Below are positions 9,486-18,363 of a DNA stretch of 64,000 nucleotides, piece after piece. The stretch is from an uncultured Anaerolineales bacterium. GTDB taxonomy: Bacteria; Chloroflexota; Anaerolineae; UBA7937. Numbering within the stretch: position 1 is the first letter of the stretch; each line of letters begins with the position of its first letter. Made by a program: the position numbers and the translations under genes. Location of the stretch: NCBI GenBank assembly GCA_964383935.1, contig CAYLIE010000001.1:148543-212542 (forward strand), in the 5' to 3' direction. The notes beneath the pieces were generated by a model that had not been told where the DNA came from, ran no database searches, and was given only the letters and a program-made list of their open reading frames with translations.

Positions 9486-9646
9486 CTCTTTCTCCTTCCC
9501 TACGCGTCTTAAAGCATCAAAATTATATCATAGTTTGAAAATTCTCATAGTGGGTAATTGGTACTAGGGTATTCTCATCTATCTGCAAGCCGAGAAGGGC
9601 TATAATCCAACATTGTAGAGGAACATTGTCCAGTTGTCAAATACGA

Positions 9647-9675
9647 TTGCTACCTGATCTGGAGCGTGATATAAT
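9647..9675 (+). promoter_or_regulatory. Sigma70-like promoter (TTGCTA, 17 nt, TATAAT) upstream of degV
   Basis: TTGCTACCTGATCTGGAGCGTGATATAAT ends 9 nt before the degV ATG at 9685. Confidence 0.4.
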
Positions 9676-9684
9676 CGCTTCAAG

Positions 9685-10534
9685 ATGAATTTGAGGATAG
9701 TCACCGATAGTGTAAGTGACCTTCCCCCAGAGTTGGTGGAGAGGTTCGGGATAGTGGTCGTGCCAGCCCTCATCCGCTTCGGGAACCGGACTTACTTGGA
9801 CGGGATCGAGATCACCCACCAGGAGATGTACCGGCGCATGTTAGAGGAGGACGCGGTTCCCAAGAGTTCGCAACCCTCCCCTGGCCAGTTCCTGGAGGCC
9901 TACAAAAAAGTGGCAGTCCAAGGGGCCTCCATCCTCTCCATCCACGTAACCGCCAAGACCAGTGGTGTCTGGCAGTCGGCCTCCCTGGCCCGTTCTATGC
10001 TTCCCGAAGCCGATATCGAGGTCATCGATTCGGCTTCCATCTCCATGGGCACAGGTTTCATCATTCTGGAAGCGGCCAGGGCCATCGAGGCCGGCAGAAG
10101 CAAAGGCGAGGTTCTAGCCCCTCATCGAGGAGATCAAATCCCGCGTGAATGTCTATGCCACCGTGGGCACCCTCAAATATCTGCGTTTGAGCGGCCGGGT
10201 GGGCCACATGGAGGAAATCTTTGGCTCCTTCCTAGATATCAAGCCCATCATCGCTGTAGAAGACGGAGTGGTAAAGGCGATTGATAAGGTGCGCACTCGC
10301 AAGAAAGCCCTGGGTCGCGTCATAGAATTGACAAAGCAAGCGGTGGGCACAGAGAGGCTTATCAACGCCGCTGTGATGCATACCGCAGTGGAAGAGGAAG
10401 CCCTGGGGTTCAAGGAGACAGTGAGGAGGAATTTCAACTGCCAAGAACTCTTGTTCGGCGAAGCAGGAATAGCCTTGGGGGTCAATGCTGGGCCGGGGGT
10501 ATTGGGGATAGTAGCCTATAGAGTGGATCTGTAG
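9685..10534 (+). pseudogene. DegV-family fatty-acid-binding protein, disrupted by a 1-nt frameshift in a C4 run (or a sequencing error)
   Basis: Two ORFs, 9685-10284 in frame 1 and 10145-10534 in frame 2, together give a 283-aa DegV protein (MNLRIVTDSVSDLPPEL ... TLKYLRLSGRVGHM). Frame 1 reads EVLAPHRGD, whereas shifting by one C gives the expected EVLA-LIEEIKSRVNVYATVG. The frame-2 upstream stop TAG is at 10115-10117. Confidence 0.7.
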
Positions 10535-10554
10535 TACCGGCTTGGAGATGAGCC

Positions 10555-11565
10555 ATGAAAATCGTGTTGGACGCTATGGGGGGAGATTACGCTCCCCAAG
10601 TGACTGTGGAGGGGGGTGTAGTGGCGGCCCGGGAACTGGGGCTGGAGGTGGTTCTGGCAGGTCGCGAGGAGGCGATCCGCCAAGAACTAGAGAAACACGA
10701 CACCAGTGGTTTAAGTCTACCCATCATCCATGCCAGTCAAGTCATTGAGATGGCCGACAAACCTGCCCAAGCCGTCAAGGCCAAGAAGGACTCCTCCATG
10801 GTAGTGGGGATGGATTTGGTCAAGAAGGGAGAGGCCCAAGCCTTCGTCTCGGCTGGGAATTCGGGAGGGGTGATGGTGGCGGCCCTCTTCCGACTGGACA
10901 GGATGAAGGGCATCCAACGCCCGGCATTGAGCGCTATCCTCCCCACACCCCAGGAGCCGATCTGTATCCTCGACGTGGGGGCCAATGCCGATTGCAAGCC
11001 TCCGTATCTTCTGCAATTCGCCATCATGGGAAGCGTCTATATGGAGAGGGTTTTGGGAGTAGAAAAGCCGCGGGTGGGCATCATCTCCACTGGCGAGGAG
11101 GAAGGGAAGGGGAGCCAGTTGGTCTTGGAAGCCTACGAACTCCTCCAGAGGAGCGGCCTCGATTTCATAGGCAACGTGGAGGGGAAGGATGTATTCTCCG
11201 GCTTGGCCGATGTAGTAGTCACCGATGGATTCACGGGCAACGTGATAGTGAAAGTGGCAGAGGGGGTGGCGAGCCTCTTCGCGGGGATAATAGAGGAGGA
11301 GATCAAAAGAAGCCCCCTTACCACTCTGGGCGGGCTTTTGGCCAAGCCAGCCTTCAAACGAGTGAAGAGCCACCTCGACTACAGCGAATACGGTGGCGCG
11401 CCTCTCTTAGGGGTGAACGGGGTGGTGATCGTGGGCCACGGCCGCTCCAACTCCAAAGCGATCAAGAACGCCCTGCGCATGGCTAAGCAAACGGTTGAGG
11501 GGGGGATGATAGAGGCGATCAAGGAGGAGATCGAGCGAAGGGTGGAAGGGGAAAGGAGGGGATGA
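10555..11565 (+). CDS. plsX: Phosphate acyltransferase PlsX
   Basis: MKIVLDAMGGDYAP at the N-terminus, 336 aa, and FabF directly downstream. Confidence 0.85.
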   Translation: MKIVLDAMGGDYAPQVTVEGGVVAARELGLEVVLAGREEAIRQELEKHDTSGLSLPIIHASQVIEMADKPAQAVKAKKDSSMVVGMDLVKKGEAQAFVSAGNSGGVMVAALFRLDRMKGIQRPALSAILPTPQEPICILDVGANADCKPPYLLQFAIMGSVYMERVLGVEKPRVGIISTGEEEGKGSQLVLEAYELLQRSGLDFIGNVEGKDVFSGLADVVVTDGFTGNVIVKVAEGVASLFAGIIEEEIKRSPLTTLGGLLAKPAFKRVKSHLDYSEYGGAPLLGVNGVVIVGHGRSNSKAIKNALRMAKQTVEGGMIEAIKEEIERRVEGERRG

Positions 11566-11566
11566 G

Positions 11567-12988
11567 ATGTCGAGGGAGGAGTCAAGAACCTCTCCTCGGT
11601 TGAGGGCTGCCCAACAGAAGGGGTCGGCTGGCACAGAGCGAGCATCGGTGGAAGAGGCGCTTCTCAGCCAGGAACTGGAGGAGTTGGTAGCCGAGATCTT
11701 AGAGGGGGTGGAGACGTTGCCCCAGCCAGAGAGGGTCGAAGGGTATAGAAAGAGGGCCCGGGTGGTGATCACCGGGATGGGGGCTCTCACCCCCCTAGGC
11801 TTGACGGTGGAGGAGACCTGGGAGGGGCTGGTGGCTGGCCGATCCGGGATCGGCTATCTTACCCGTATAGATACCACCGACTTCCCCACCAAGATCGGTG
11901 GTGAGGTGAGGGGGTTCGACCCTACTCGTTACATGAATTTCAAGGAAGCGCGGCGGATGGAACTCTTCAGCCAGTTCGCTGTGGCGGCCGCCAAGATGGC
12001 CCTGGAGGACGCAAGTCTGACCATCGAGGAGGTCGATGCCTCCCAGGTGGGCGTCTTGATGGGGACAGCAATAGGTGGACTTGATGCTACCGAGGAGGCG
12101 TGCAAGCGGCTATTTATGGAGAAGAAGCGGATCTCTCCCTTCTATCTGCTCTCTATGATCCCCAATATCGCCGCTTTCCATATCGCCCATCTCTATGGGC
12201 TCGAAGGGTACAACTCAACCATCACCACCGCCTGTGCTGCAGGGACCCAGGCTGTAGGCGAGGCGGCGGAGGTGATCCGTAGGGGGGCAGCCCAGGTGAT
12301 GGTCGCCGGGGGGACAGAGGGCTCCAGTTGCCAAGTGGGGATGGCCGGCTTCGTCTCTATGCAGGCCTTCTCCACCCGGAACGATGACCCAGAAGGCGCC
12401 TCTCGCCCCTTTGACAAGGATCGGGATGGCTTTGTGCCTTCCGAGGGCTGTGGCATCTTGGTCTTGGAAAGCCTGGAACACGCCTTGAGACGGGGAGCCC
12501 GTATATACGCTGAGGTTTTGGGCTATAGCGCCACCTCAGATGCTTACCATATGGCCCAACCGGATCCTGAGGCGCGAGGTGCTGCCCGGGCTATCCGCTG
12601 GGCTATCGCCGATGCCGGAATAAGCCCCCAGGAGATAGATTACATAAACGCCCACGGGACCTCTACCCCCCTAGGCGATATCATGGAGACTCTAGCCATC
12701 AAGAAAGCCTTGGGCGAGCATGCTTATCGGGTGCCCATCAGTTCCACCAAATCGATGATAGGCCACCTTTTCGGCGGGGCAGGGGCCGTGGAAGCGATCG
12801 CCACCGCTCTTACTATCTACCATGGGGTGATCCATCCCACCATCAACTATCATACTCCCGATCCCCAATGCGATCTCGATTATGTCCCCAATGTGGCACG
12901 GCAGGCGGAGGTGAGGATCGCTTTCTCCAACTCCTTTGGGCTGGGTGGCCAGGACGCTTGCCTAGTCTTGGGTTGGTATGAGGGGTGA
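11567..12988 (+). CDS. fabF: 3-oxoacyl-ACP synthase II (KAS II) with a roughly 60-aa N-terminal extension; start codon uncertain
   Basis: RVVITGMGALTPLG, the active-site region TACAAG, and HGTSTPLGD plus NSFGLGG near the C-terminus. The ATG at 11567 overlaps the plsX stop. Confidence 0.85.
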   Translation: MSREESRTSPRLRAAQQKGSAGTERASVEEALLSQELEELVAEILEGVETLPQPERVEGYRKRARVVITGMGALTPLGLTVEETWEGLVAGRSGIGYLTRIDTTDFPTKIGGEVRGFDPTRYMNFKEARRMELFSQFAVAAAKMALEDASLTIEEVDASQVGVLMGTAIGGLDATEEACKRLFMEKKRISPFYLLSMIPNIAAFHIAHLYGLEGYNSTITTACAAGTQAVGEAAEVIRRGAAQVMVAGGTEGSSCQVGMAGFVSMQAFSTRNDDPEGASRPFDKDRDGFVPSEGCGILVLESLEHALRRGARIYAEVLGYSATSDAYHMAQPDPEARGAARAIRWAIADAGISPQEIDYINAHGTSTPLGDIMETLAIKKALGEHAYRVPISSTKSMIGHLFGGAGAVEAIATALTIYHGVIHPTINYHTPDPQCDLDYVPNVARQAEVRIAFSNSFGLGGQDACLVLGWYEG

Positions 12989-13677
12989 AGGTGCAAGTTA
13001 GGACCGATGAGAAACTGATTGTTAGAAAGTCGATAGCCGCCAAATTGGGGGGCGGGGTGGGGCTGGTTCTCGTCCTCTCTGGCCTTTTCCTACTTTGGGT
13101 GCCCTGGGGGTCCCCCTGGTCCTATCTAACGGTTCTTTTGGGCTTCGTCATTGGAAGCGTTGGGAATCGGCAGATGAACCGATGGGTAAATGAACCCCGG
13201 GCGGATCAGGTTCTCTCCCGGGCCCTGCGGGGCTTCGATGATAGGCACTATCTCTATAACTACATCTTGCCCGCCGATCACGTCCTTTTGGCTCCTTATG
13301 GGCTTTTCGTCATCAAAGCGAAAGGGGTGGAGGGCCGGATTCGCTGCCTCAAAGATAGATGGCGAAGGGGTTTTAGCCTCCTCCGTCTCCTGCGGGGTTT
13401 TGCCCCCGAGCCTCTCGGTAACCCTACGAAAGAGACACGGCGAGAGATGGAGAGGCTGACCGAATACATCGCTCAGCGCCTGCCGGGAGAGGAGTTTGAA
13501 GTAAGGGGGATGATCATCTTCACTCATCCCCAGGTGCAATTGGAGGTGAGGGGAACAACTCTTCCTACCATGCGGCTTAAAGGCCTAAAACCCCATTTGC
13601 GTAAGGCGGCTGGAGGAGAGACCACTGAGGAGACACGAAGGGAGTTGGTGAGGATCTTCGATGAAGCGGCAAGTTAA
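12985..13677 (+). CDS. NERD (nuclease-related domain) membrane protein
   Basis: An N-terminal transmembrane segment is followed by YLYNYILPADHVLLAPYGLFVIKAKGVEGRI, which resembles the NERD core. The GTG start overlaps the fabF stop. Confidence 0.45.
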   Translation: MKVQVRTDEKLIVRKSIAAKLGGGVGLVLVLSGLFLLWVPWGSPWSYLTVLLGFVIGSVGNRQMNRWVNEPRADQVLSRALRGFDDRHYLYNYILPADHVLLAPYGLFVIKAKGVEGRIRCLKDRWRRGFSLLRLLRGFAPEPLGNPTKETRREMERLTEYIAQRLPGEEFEVRGMIIFTHPQVQLEVRGTTLPTMRLKGLKPHLRKAAGGETTEETRRELVRIFDEAAS

Positions 13678-13729
13678 CTCCCGTATGTGTTTCGTCTGCG
13701 GCTTAGAGAACCCCATGGGGCTGAGCCCT

Positions 13730-13999
13730 CTCAATGTCTTTCGTTCTCTGGATGGGGCAGGGAATTGGGAGCGAGTGGTCAACGGCATCAGTTCCACTTT
13801 TCGGCCGATGTGGGTAGCCGCTTCCCAAAGGCAATCAAATACCTTCTGCGTGGGTGGCAGGGATACACGCGAGAACTACCGTATCTACTGGACAGAGGAT
13901 GGTGGTTTGACCTGGACGGATATCAGTGCTGGGCTGCCCGAATACAATGGGCAGCGGATGAATGTGAGGTTCCTCATAGATTTTCCGAACATCCAGTAA
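13730..13999 (+). pseudogene. C-terminal remnant of a BNR-repeat (Ycf48/sialidase-like beta-propeller) protein
   Basis: FRSLDGAGNWERV and YWTEDGGLTWTDIS are two BNR repeats of the SxDxGxTW type. Only about 90 codons remain, and no matching N-terminal part lies upstream. Confidence 0.4.
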
Positions 14000-14097
14000 C
14001 TGAAACCACAGACGGCAATGAGAGTTGGGTTTAGTGGATATCTCATTGGTTACCTGCTAGAAAGGGGCTTGAGGGTTTTGGCGGGAGGGGTGTAATT

Positions 14098-14598
14098 ATG
14101 CTTCTTCAGCGTAGGTTCTACCAGGTGGCTCTTCTCCTCGTGGTCGCCGGTTTGGTCACCAATTGCAGCCTGCTTTGGGGAGAGGCGAAGAGCAACACGA
14201 CGACCGATGGGAACCTCGGGCTCACATTGTGGGTGAGCCGATCGCTACCGAGTGTAGGCCAGCCCGTCAAGATCAGATACACGGTGGATAACTTCAGCGA
14301 CCAGATAGAGGTCCTCCAGTTGGAAGAGAAGCAGCAGCCAGTGATGGACATCTACATCAGCTTCGGGGCGGCCAGAGATAGCATGACTACGCTCTACTGG
14401 TCAGATGGACGAGAGATCACACCGGAGATGAGGAGGCTGGAGCTAGCCCCCGGAGAATCCAAAACCATCGAGATGGCCTGGTTACCCGATGAGAAGGCAG
14501 ATCGTTCCTCTGTCTGGGTAGACGGCATCCTAAATCGGGAGCAGATGCGCCAGTATGTGCCTATTCACATATGTGTGGGCGTGTGCGGGGGTTATTAG
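14098..14598 (+). CDS. Hypothetical secreted protein with an N-terminal signal/TM segment
   Basis: A hydrophobic N-terminus, MLLQRRFYQVALLLVVAGLVTNCS, and no recognisable domain. Confidence 0.4.
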   Translation: MLLQRRFYQVALLLVVAGLVTNCSLLWGEAKSNTTTDGNLGLTLWVSRSLPSVGQPVKIRYTVDNFSDQIEVLQLEEKQQPVMDIYISFGAARDSMTTLYWSDGREITPEMRRLELAPGESKTIEMAWLPDEKADRSSVWVDGILNREQMRQYVPIHICVGVCGGY

Positions 14599-14918
14599 TA
14601 TCCCTTAAGTGGCGTTATGGTATGCCAGGAGAGCCCTGGGCGAAAGGGGCTCTTGCTGTGTGTGGCTTCCACGCTTCTCGAGAGGACGATGAGGAACTTT
14701 CTGCTAGGCCCTATTGCCAAGAGGGTTCTTCTATGGTAGCATACGGTTGAAATCGGTAGGAGCCTGCTGATGGCTGGCATCCCGGGGTGATGAGAGCCTC
14801 CTGATGGCGTTGCATATACCCTGAGGTGTTCTTCTTATCTCCGCCCTAGATCAAGTGGCAATGGCGGAGAGGAAGAATGGCTTGAAGATCATACTGATTA
14901 ATTGAAGAGGAGGTTCGC

Positions 14919-15410
14919 ATGATGAGATATCGGCTCTTTGGGTTATTCTGTCTAGCGGTGTTCTTGTCCTTGGGGTTTCTTGTAGCCTGTGGAGGGGCAC
15001 CCACACCAGCGCCTACTCCCCCACCGCCTACAGCCACGCCCCTCCCTCCCACTGCCACCCCTCTGCCGCCTACGCCCACTGCCACTCCAGTGCCACCCAC
15101 GCCCACACCGCTGCCAGAGGAAGAAGCGCCGGGTGTGGGCCACGCCTTGGGGCGGGCCTTCGGCGCTTGCCTGACTTGCCATGAAACGGGTGCGGCAGGG
15201 GCACCGCAGGTTCCAGCCGACCACGCTGGCCGCACCAACGACACCTGCCTTGACTGCCATGAAGCGCCGCCAGAGGTCCTCCACTCTCTAGAGGGACGGG
15301 GCGAGTGCCTCGTATGTCACGAAACCGGTGTGGGAGAGGCACCGCAGGTTCCAGCCAACCACGCTGGCCGCACCAATGATCTATGCCTGAGTTGTCATCG
15401 GTGGGAGTGA
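14919..15410 (+). CDS. Small tetraheme c-type cytochrome lipoprotein with an internal tandem duplication
   Basis: Lipobox LVAC, a Pro/Thr-rich linker, then four CxxCH motifs (CLTCH, CLDCH, CLVCH, CLSCH). They are arranged as two copies of CLxCHETG..APQVPAxHAGRTNDxCLxCH. A strong RBS GAGGAGG precedes the start. Confidence 0.65.
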   Translation: MMRYRLFGLFCLAVFLSLGFLVACGGAPTPAPTPPPPTATPLPPTATPLPPTPTATPVPPTPTPLPEEEAPGVGHALGRAFGACLTCHETGAAGAPQVPADHAGRTNDTCLDCHEAPPEVLHSLEGRGECLVCHETGVGEAPQVPANHAGRTNDLCLSCHRWE

Positions 15411-15442
15411 TGGCCCTGTGGGGTAGCAACTGTTGATACCAT

Positions 15443-15470
15443 AAAAGGGGACGCTTGAGCGCCCCCTTTT
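15443..15470. terminator. Bidirectional intrinsic terminator between the cytochrome gene (+) and the M50 protease gene (-)
   Basis: AAAAGGGGACGCTTGAGCGCCCCCTTTT is a GC stem with A and T tracts on both sides. Confidence 0.5.
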
Positions 15471-15512
15471 ACGTGCGTCCAATCTTAGTCCACCCACTCG
15501 GTTGCTTCGTTC

Positions 15513-16625
15513 CTAACTAAAGGGCACGGGAGTGAAGATGGTGAGGAGGAGGATGAGGGTCAAGATGCCGATCACCTTTCTCTTTCCGCCCACCCCGGTG
15601 ATATCGTTTAAGGGTCTGGGGTGGCGGGGGCCGCTTAGAAGTATTAAGAGAGCCCAGAGCAGCCAGCCAGGCCAGAGGAAGAGCCCCAGGCCCAAAAGGA
15701 GGAGAACGACCAGTTGGGCTACCCACTTGTAGGCTCCTCCTAGAAGAGCATAGGCTACATGTCCACCATCCAACTGTCCTGCCGGCAGTAGGTTGACCCC
15801 GGTGATCATCAGCCCGATCCAACCAGCAAAGGCGATAGGGTGGAGGAAGACATCGACCCCTCTACTGGGGAGGATCTGGCCGTGAACCATATACTTAAGG
15901 GTCAGATACAATAGTGAGTTACCCTCGCTGATGTAGCCCGGCCCATGTATGATGGGCTTTATCTCGGAGAGGGAGAGGCCGAGGATCAAAATGGGAATGG
16001 CCATCGCCAGCCCAGCCAGCGGCCCGGCCAGCCCCACGTCGAAGAAGCCCTTTCGATCCTTGGCTACTGATTCCATCCTGATGAAGGCCCCGAAAGTCCC
16101 CAAGCCGATGGGGACGGGGATGAAGTAAGGGAGACTCACCCTAAGGCCACGTCTCCGGGCCACGAAATAATGGCTCAACTCGTGGGTTCCCAAGATGAGG
16201 AGGAGAGCGGAAGCGAAGGGGATCCCGAACTTTAAAGTTCCAGGGTTCCGCAGGGGTTTGAACCCTTCGTTGGCCGCTCCCGCGTAGAGGGTAGTGAGGA
16301 TGGTGGCTACGAAGAGGAGAAGGTTGATGATAGGCCGGGGCTTCCCCCTTTCCGGGGGAGCGGGGACGATGAGCACGCTATCCTGACCTCTCCGCCTCTG
16401 AAGGAGGGGGAGCAAACCTTTGGCTTTCAGCCTCTCGTGGAGGAGGGAGAAGGCGGTTTCCGCATCCCAAAGGAGCCGGCCAGAGAAGAGGACAGCCTTT
16501 CCTCCCTGCCTCAAGGAGACGTCGCCTACCAGGAGTACATCCTCCACCTGGGCCCTTAACTCCTCAACGAACCTTTCTTCTCTCTGCACCTTTTGACCTC
16601 TCGTACCCCCTGAGCGGGGCGACAA
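15513..16625 (-). CDS. M50-family site-2 protease (membrane zinc metalloprotease)
   Basis: The HELSHYFVARR HExxH motif sits within hydrophobic helices and there are several TM segments. The N-terminal start may lie further downstream, because the first 70 nt overlap the galK remnant. Confidence 0.75.
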   Translation of the reverse strand: MSPRSGGTRGQKVQREERFVEELRAQVEDVLLVGDVSLRQGGKAVLFSGRLLWDAETAFSLLHERLKAKGLLPLLQRRRGQDSVLIVPAPPERGKPRPIINLLLFVATILTTLYAGAANEGFKPLRNPGTLKFGIPFASALLLILGTHELSHYFVARRRGLRVSLPYFIPVPIGLGTFGAFIRMESVAKDRKGFFDVGLAGPLAGLAMAIPILILGLSLSEIKPIIHGPGYISEGNSLLYLTLKYMVHGQILPSRGVDVFLHPIAFAGWIGLMITGVNLLPAGQLDGGHVAYALLGGAYKWVAQLVVLLLLGLGLFLWPGWLLWALLILLSGPRHPRPLNDITGVGGKRKVIGILTLILLLTIFTPVPFS

Positions 16626-16896
16626 ACATAGATCGCCGGTTTCTTTGCCGTGGCTTTTTCATACCTATTGGCCACCAGGGCCTGGAATTCTGGGGCCGCC
16701 TCCCGGGTCACCGGGCTCACGGTGCAACCGCCGAAGCCAGCCCCGGTGAGGCGGGAGCCGTAGCCCCCCGAGACCTTCTGAGCAGCCTCTACCAAGATAT
16801 CCAGTTCAGGACAACTTACCTCGAAATCGTGGCCCAGGCTATGGTGGGAGTCGTATTCTCGAATTGAGTCCCTACCCGGCGATAAGGAGCCGTTTC
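16556..16896 (-). pseudogene. Galactokinase (GHMP kinase) C-terminal remnant
   Basis: The minus-strand frame reads ...HDFEVSCPELDILVEAAQKVSGGYGSRLTGAGFGGCTVSPV..., which matches the GalK C-terminal GHMP motif. It is only about 113 codons with no upstream remainder, and an in-frame stop lies near 16897. Confidence 0.55.
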
Positions 16897-17084
16897 CTTC
16901 TCCATCCTGCTCTCAGATTATAATCCTCCCCAGATTAAAGGACAAACGGCTCCTTTCTAGACCATCACAATTCTATGAGGTGATTGGTCTTGCCAAAAGG
17001 TCAGTGGAGGGGTATAATAGATTTTGGGCCACAAGGGTCGGAAAAGGGTGTTTCTGGCCTAAAGGGGGAGGGGAGTCTGGATTT

Positions 17085-17453
17085 ATGGGGCGAAATCGTG
17101 CTAGACCAGATGCCAAGGAGGCAGCCAACCTCCTTTCAGAGGTTGTGAGAGAGGCTCGGCTAACCTGGTATCTTCTCACCGATGGGCGGGTCTCCTCTGG
17201 GGTGAAGATGATACCGCTTGCCACTTTGCTCTATATCCTCTCTCCCATCGACCTCCTCCCTGACCCTATTCTGGGCCCAGGCCAACTAGACGACCTAGCC
17301 GCTTTGATACTGGGGGTGAAACTCTTCATAGAGATGTGCCCCCAGGAGGTAGTGAGGGAACATCTGGAAAGGATGACCTCTATGGCGAACTCCTATCGTG
17401 TGGTAGAGGAGGAGAAAGAGCCACCAAGTCTCGAGGTCCCAAAAGAGGAGTAG
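17085..17453 (+). CDS. DUF1232/YkvA-family small membrane protein
   Basis: [34 protein letters not shown] is the DUF1232 signature. The internal ATG at 17085 is preceded by AAAGGGGGAGGGGAG. Confidence 0.55.
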   Translation: MGRNRARPDAKEAANLLSEVVREARLTWYLLTDGRVSSGVKMIPLATLLYILSPIDLLPDPILGPGQLDDLAALILGVKLFIEMCPQEVVREHLERMTSMANSYRVVEEEKEPPSLEVPKEE

Positions 17454-17475
17454 GATCTGTTGTAGGGGGTGTGAT

Positions 17476-18363
17476 ATGGAAAGAGAGAAATCCACCTGGA
17501 CGGTGAAGAAAGGCCTAGCCCAGATGCTCAAGGGTGGGGTGATAATGGATGTGGTGAACGCCGACCAGGCCAGGATCGCCGAAGAGGCGGGGGCGGTGGC
17601 GGTGATGGCTTTAGAGAGGGTCCCCGCTGACATCCGCTCTGAAGGTGGGGTGGCCCGTATGAGCGATCCGCAACTGATCCTGGAGATCATGAAGATGGTC
17701 ACCATCCCCGTGATGGCTAAAGTACGGATCGGCCACTTCGTGGAGGCCCAGGTTATGGAGTCCTTGGGGGTGGACTTTCTCGATGAGTCGGAGGTCCTCA
17801 CCCCTGCCGACGAGGAGCACCACATCGACAAGCATCTTTTCAAGGTGCCTTTCGTTTGCGGCTGCCGAAACCTGGGCGAGGCGTTGCGGCGGATCGGTGA
17901 GGGTGCAGCCATGATCCGCACCAAGGGGGAGGCGGGCACAGGGAACGTGGTGGAGGCGGTTCGCCACGCTCGGGCGGTCTTGGGAGGGATCAAGAGGCTT
18001 CAAGCGTTGCCGCATGAGGAGTTGATGAGCGCGGCTAAGGAGTTGGGTGCTCCCTATGAGTTGGTAAAAGAGGTAGCGGAGACGGGAAGACTACCGGTGG
18101 TGAACTTCGCCGCGGGGGGGATAGCCACCCCCGCCGATGCGGCCTTGATGATGCAACTGGGGCTGGATGGGGTATTTGTGGGCTCTGGCATCTTCAAATC
18201 CGAAGATCCCCCTCGTCGAGCCAGGGCTATCGTGGAGGCCACCACCCATTACGATGATCCGGCCATCATCGCTGAGGTTTCTAAAGGGCTGGGCAAGCCG
18301 ATGCGCGGCTTGGAGATAAGCGAGATCCCGGAGGAGGAACTGTTAGCGCCTAGAGGTTGGTAG
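17476..18363 (+). CDS. pdxS: Pyridoxal 5-phosphate synthase lyase subunit PdxS
   Basis: [45 protein letters not shown] is near-canonical PdxS. Confidence 0.9.
   Translation: MEREKSTWTVKKGLAQMLKGGVIMDVVNADQARIAEEAGAVAVMALERVPADIRSEGGVARMSDPQLILEIMKMVTIPVMAKVRIGHFVEAQVMESLGVDFLDESEVLTPADEEHHIDKHLFKVPFVCGCRNLGEALRRIGEGAAMIRTKGEAGTGNVVEAVRHARAVLGGIKRLQALPHEELMSAAKELGAPYELVKEVAETGRLPVVNFAAGGIATPADAALMMQLGLDGVFVGSGIFKSEDPPRRARAIVEATTHYDDPAIIAEVSKGLGKPMRGLEISEIPEEELLAPRGW

Noticed and set aside
12100-12481. Small ORFs within fabF (12100-12282 +, 12193-12456 -, 12215-12481 -)
   Set aside because: They sit inside the highly conserved KAS II coding region in other frames, with no independent signals.
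14989-15284. Pro/Arg-rich ORFs (14989-15174 +, 14952-15284 -, 14846-15244 -, 15070-15429 -) overlapping the cytochrome gene
   Set aside because: They are alternative-frame artefacts of the CCN-rich region that encodes the Pro/Thr linker. The frame containing the lipobox and four CxxCH motifs is clearly the real one.
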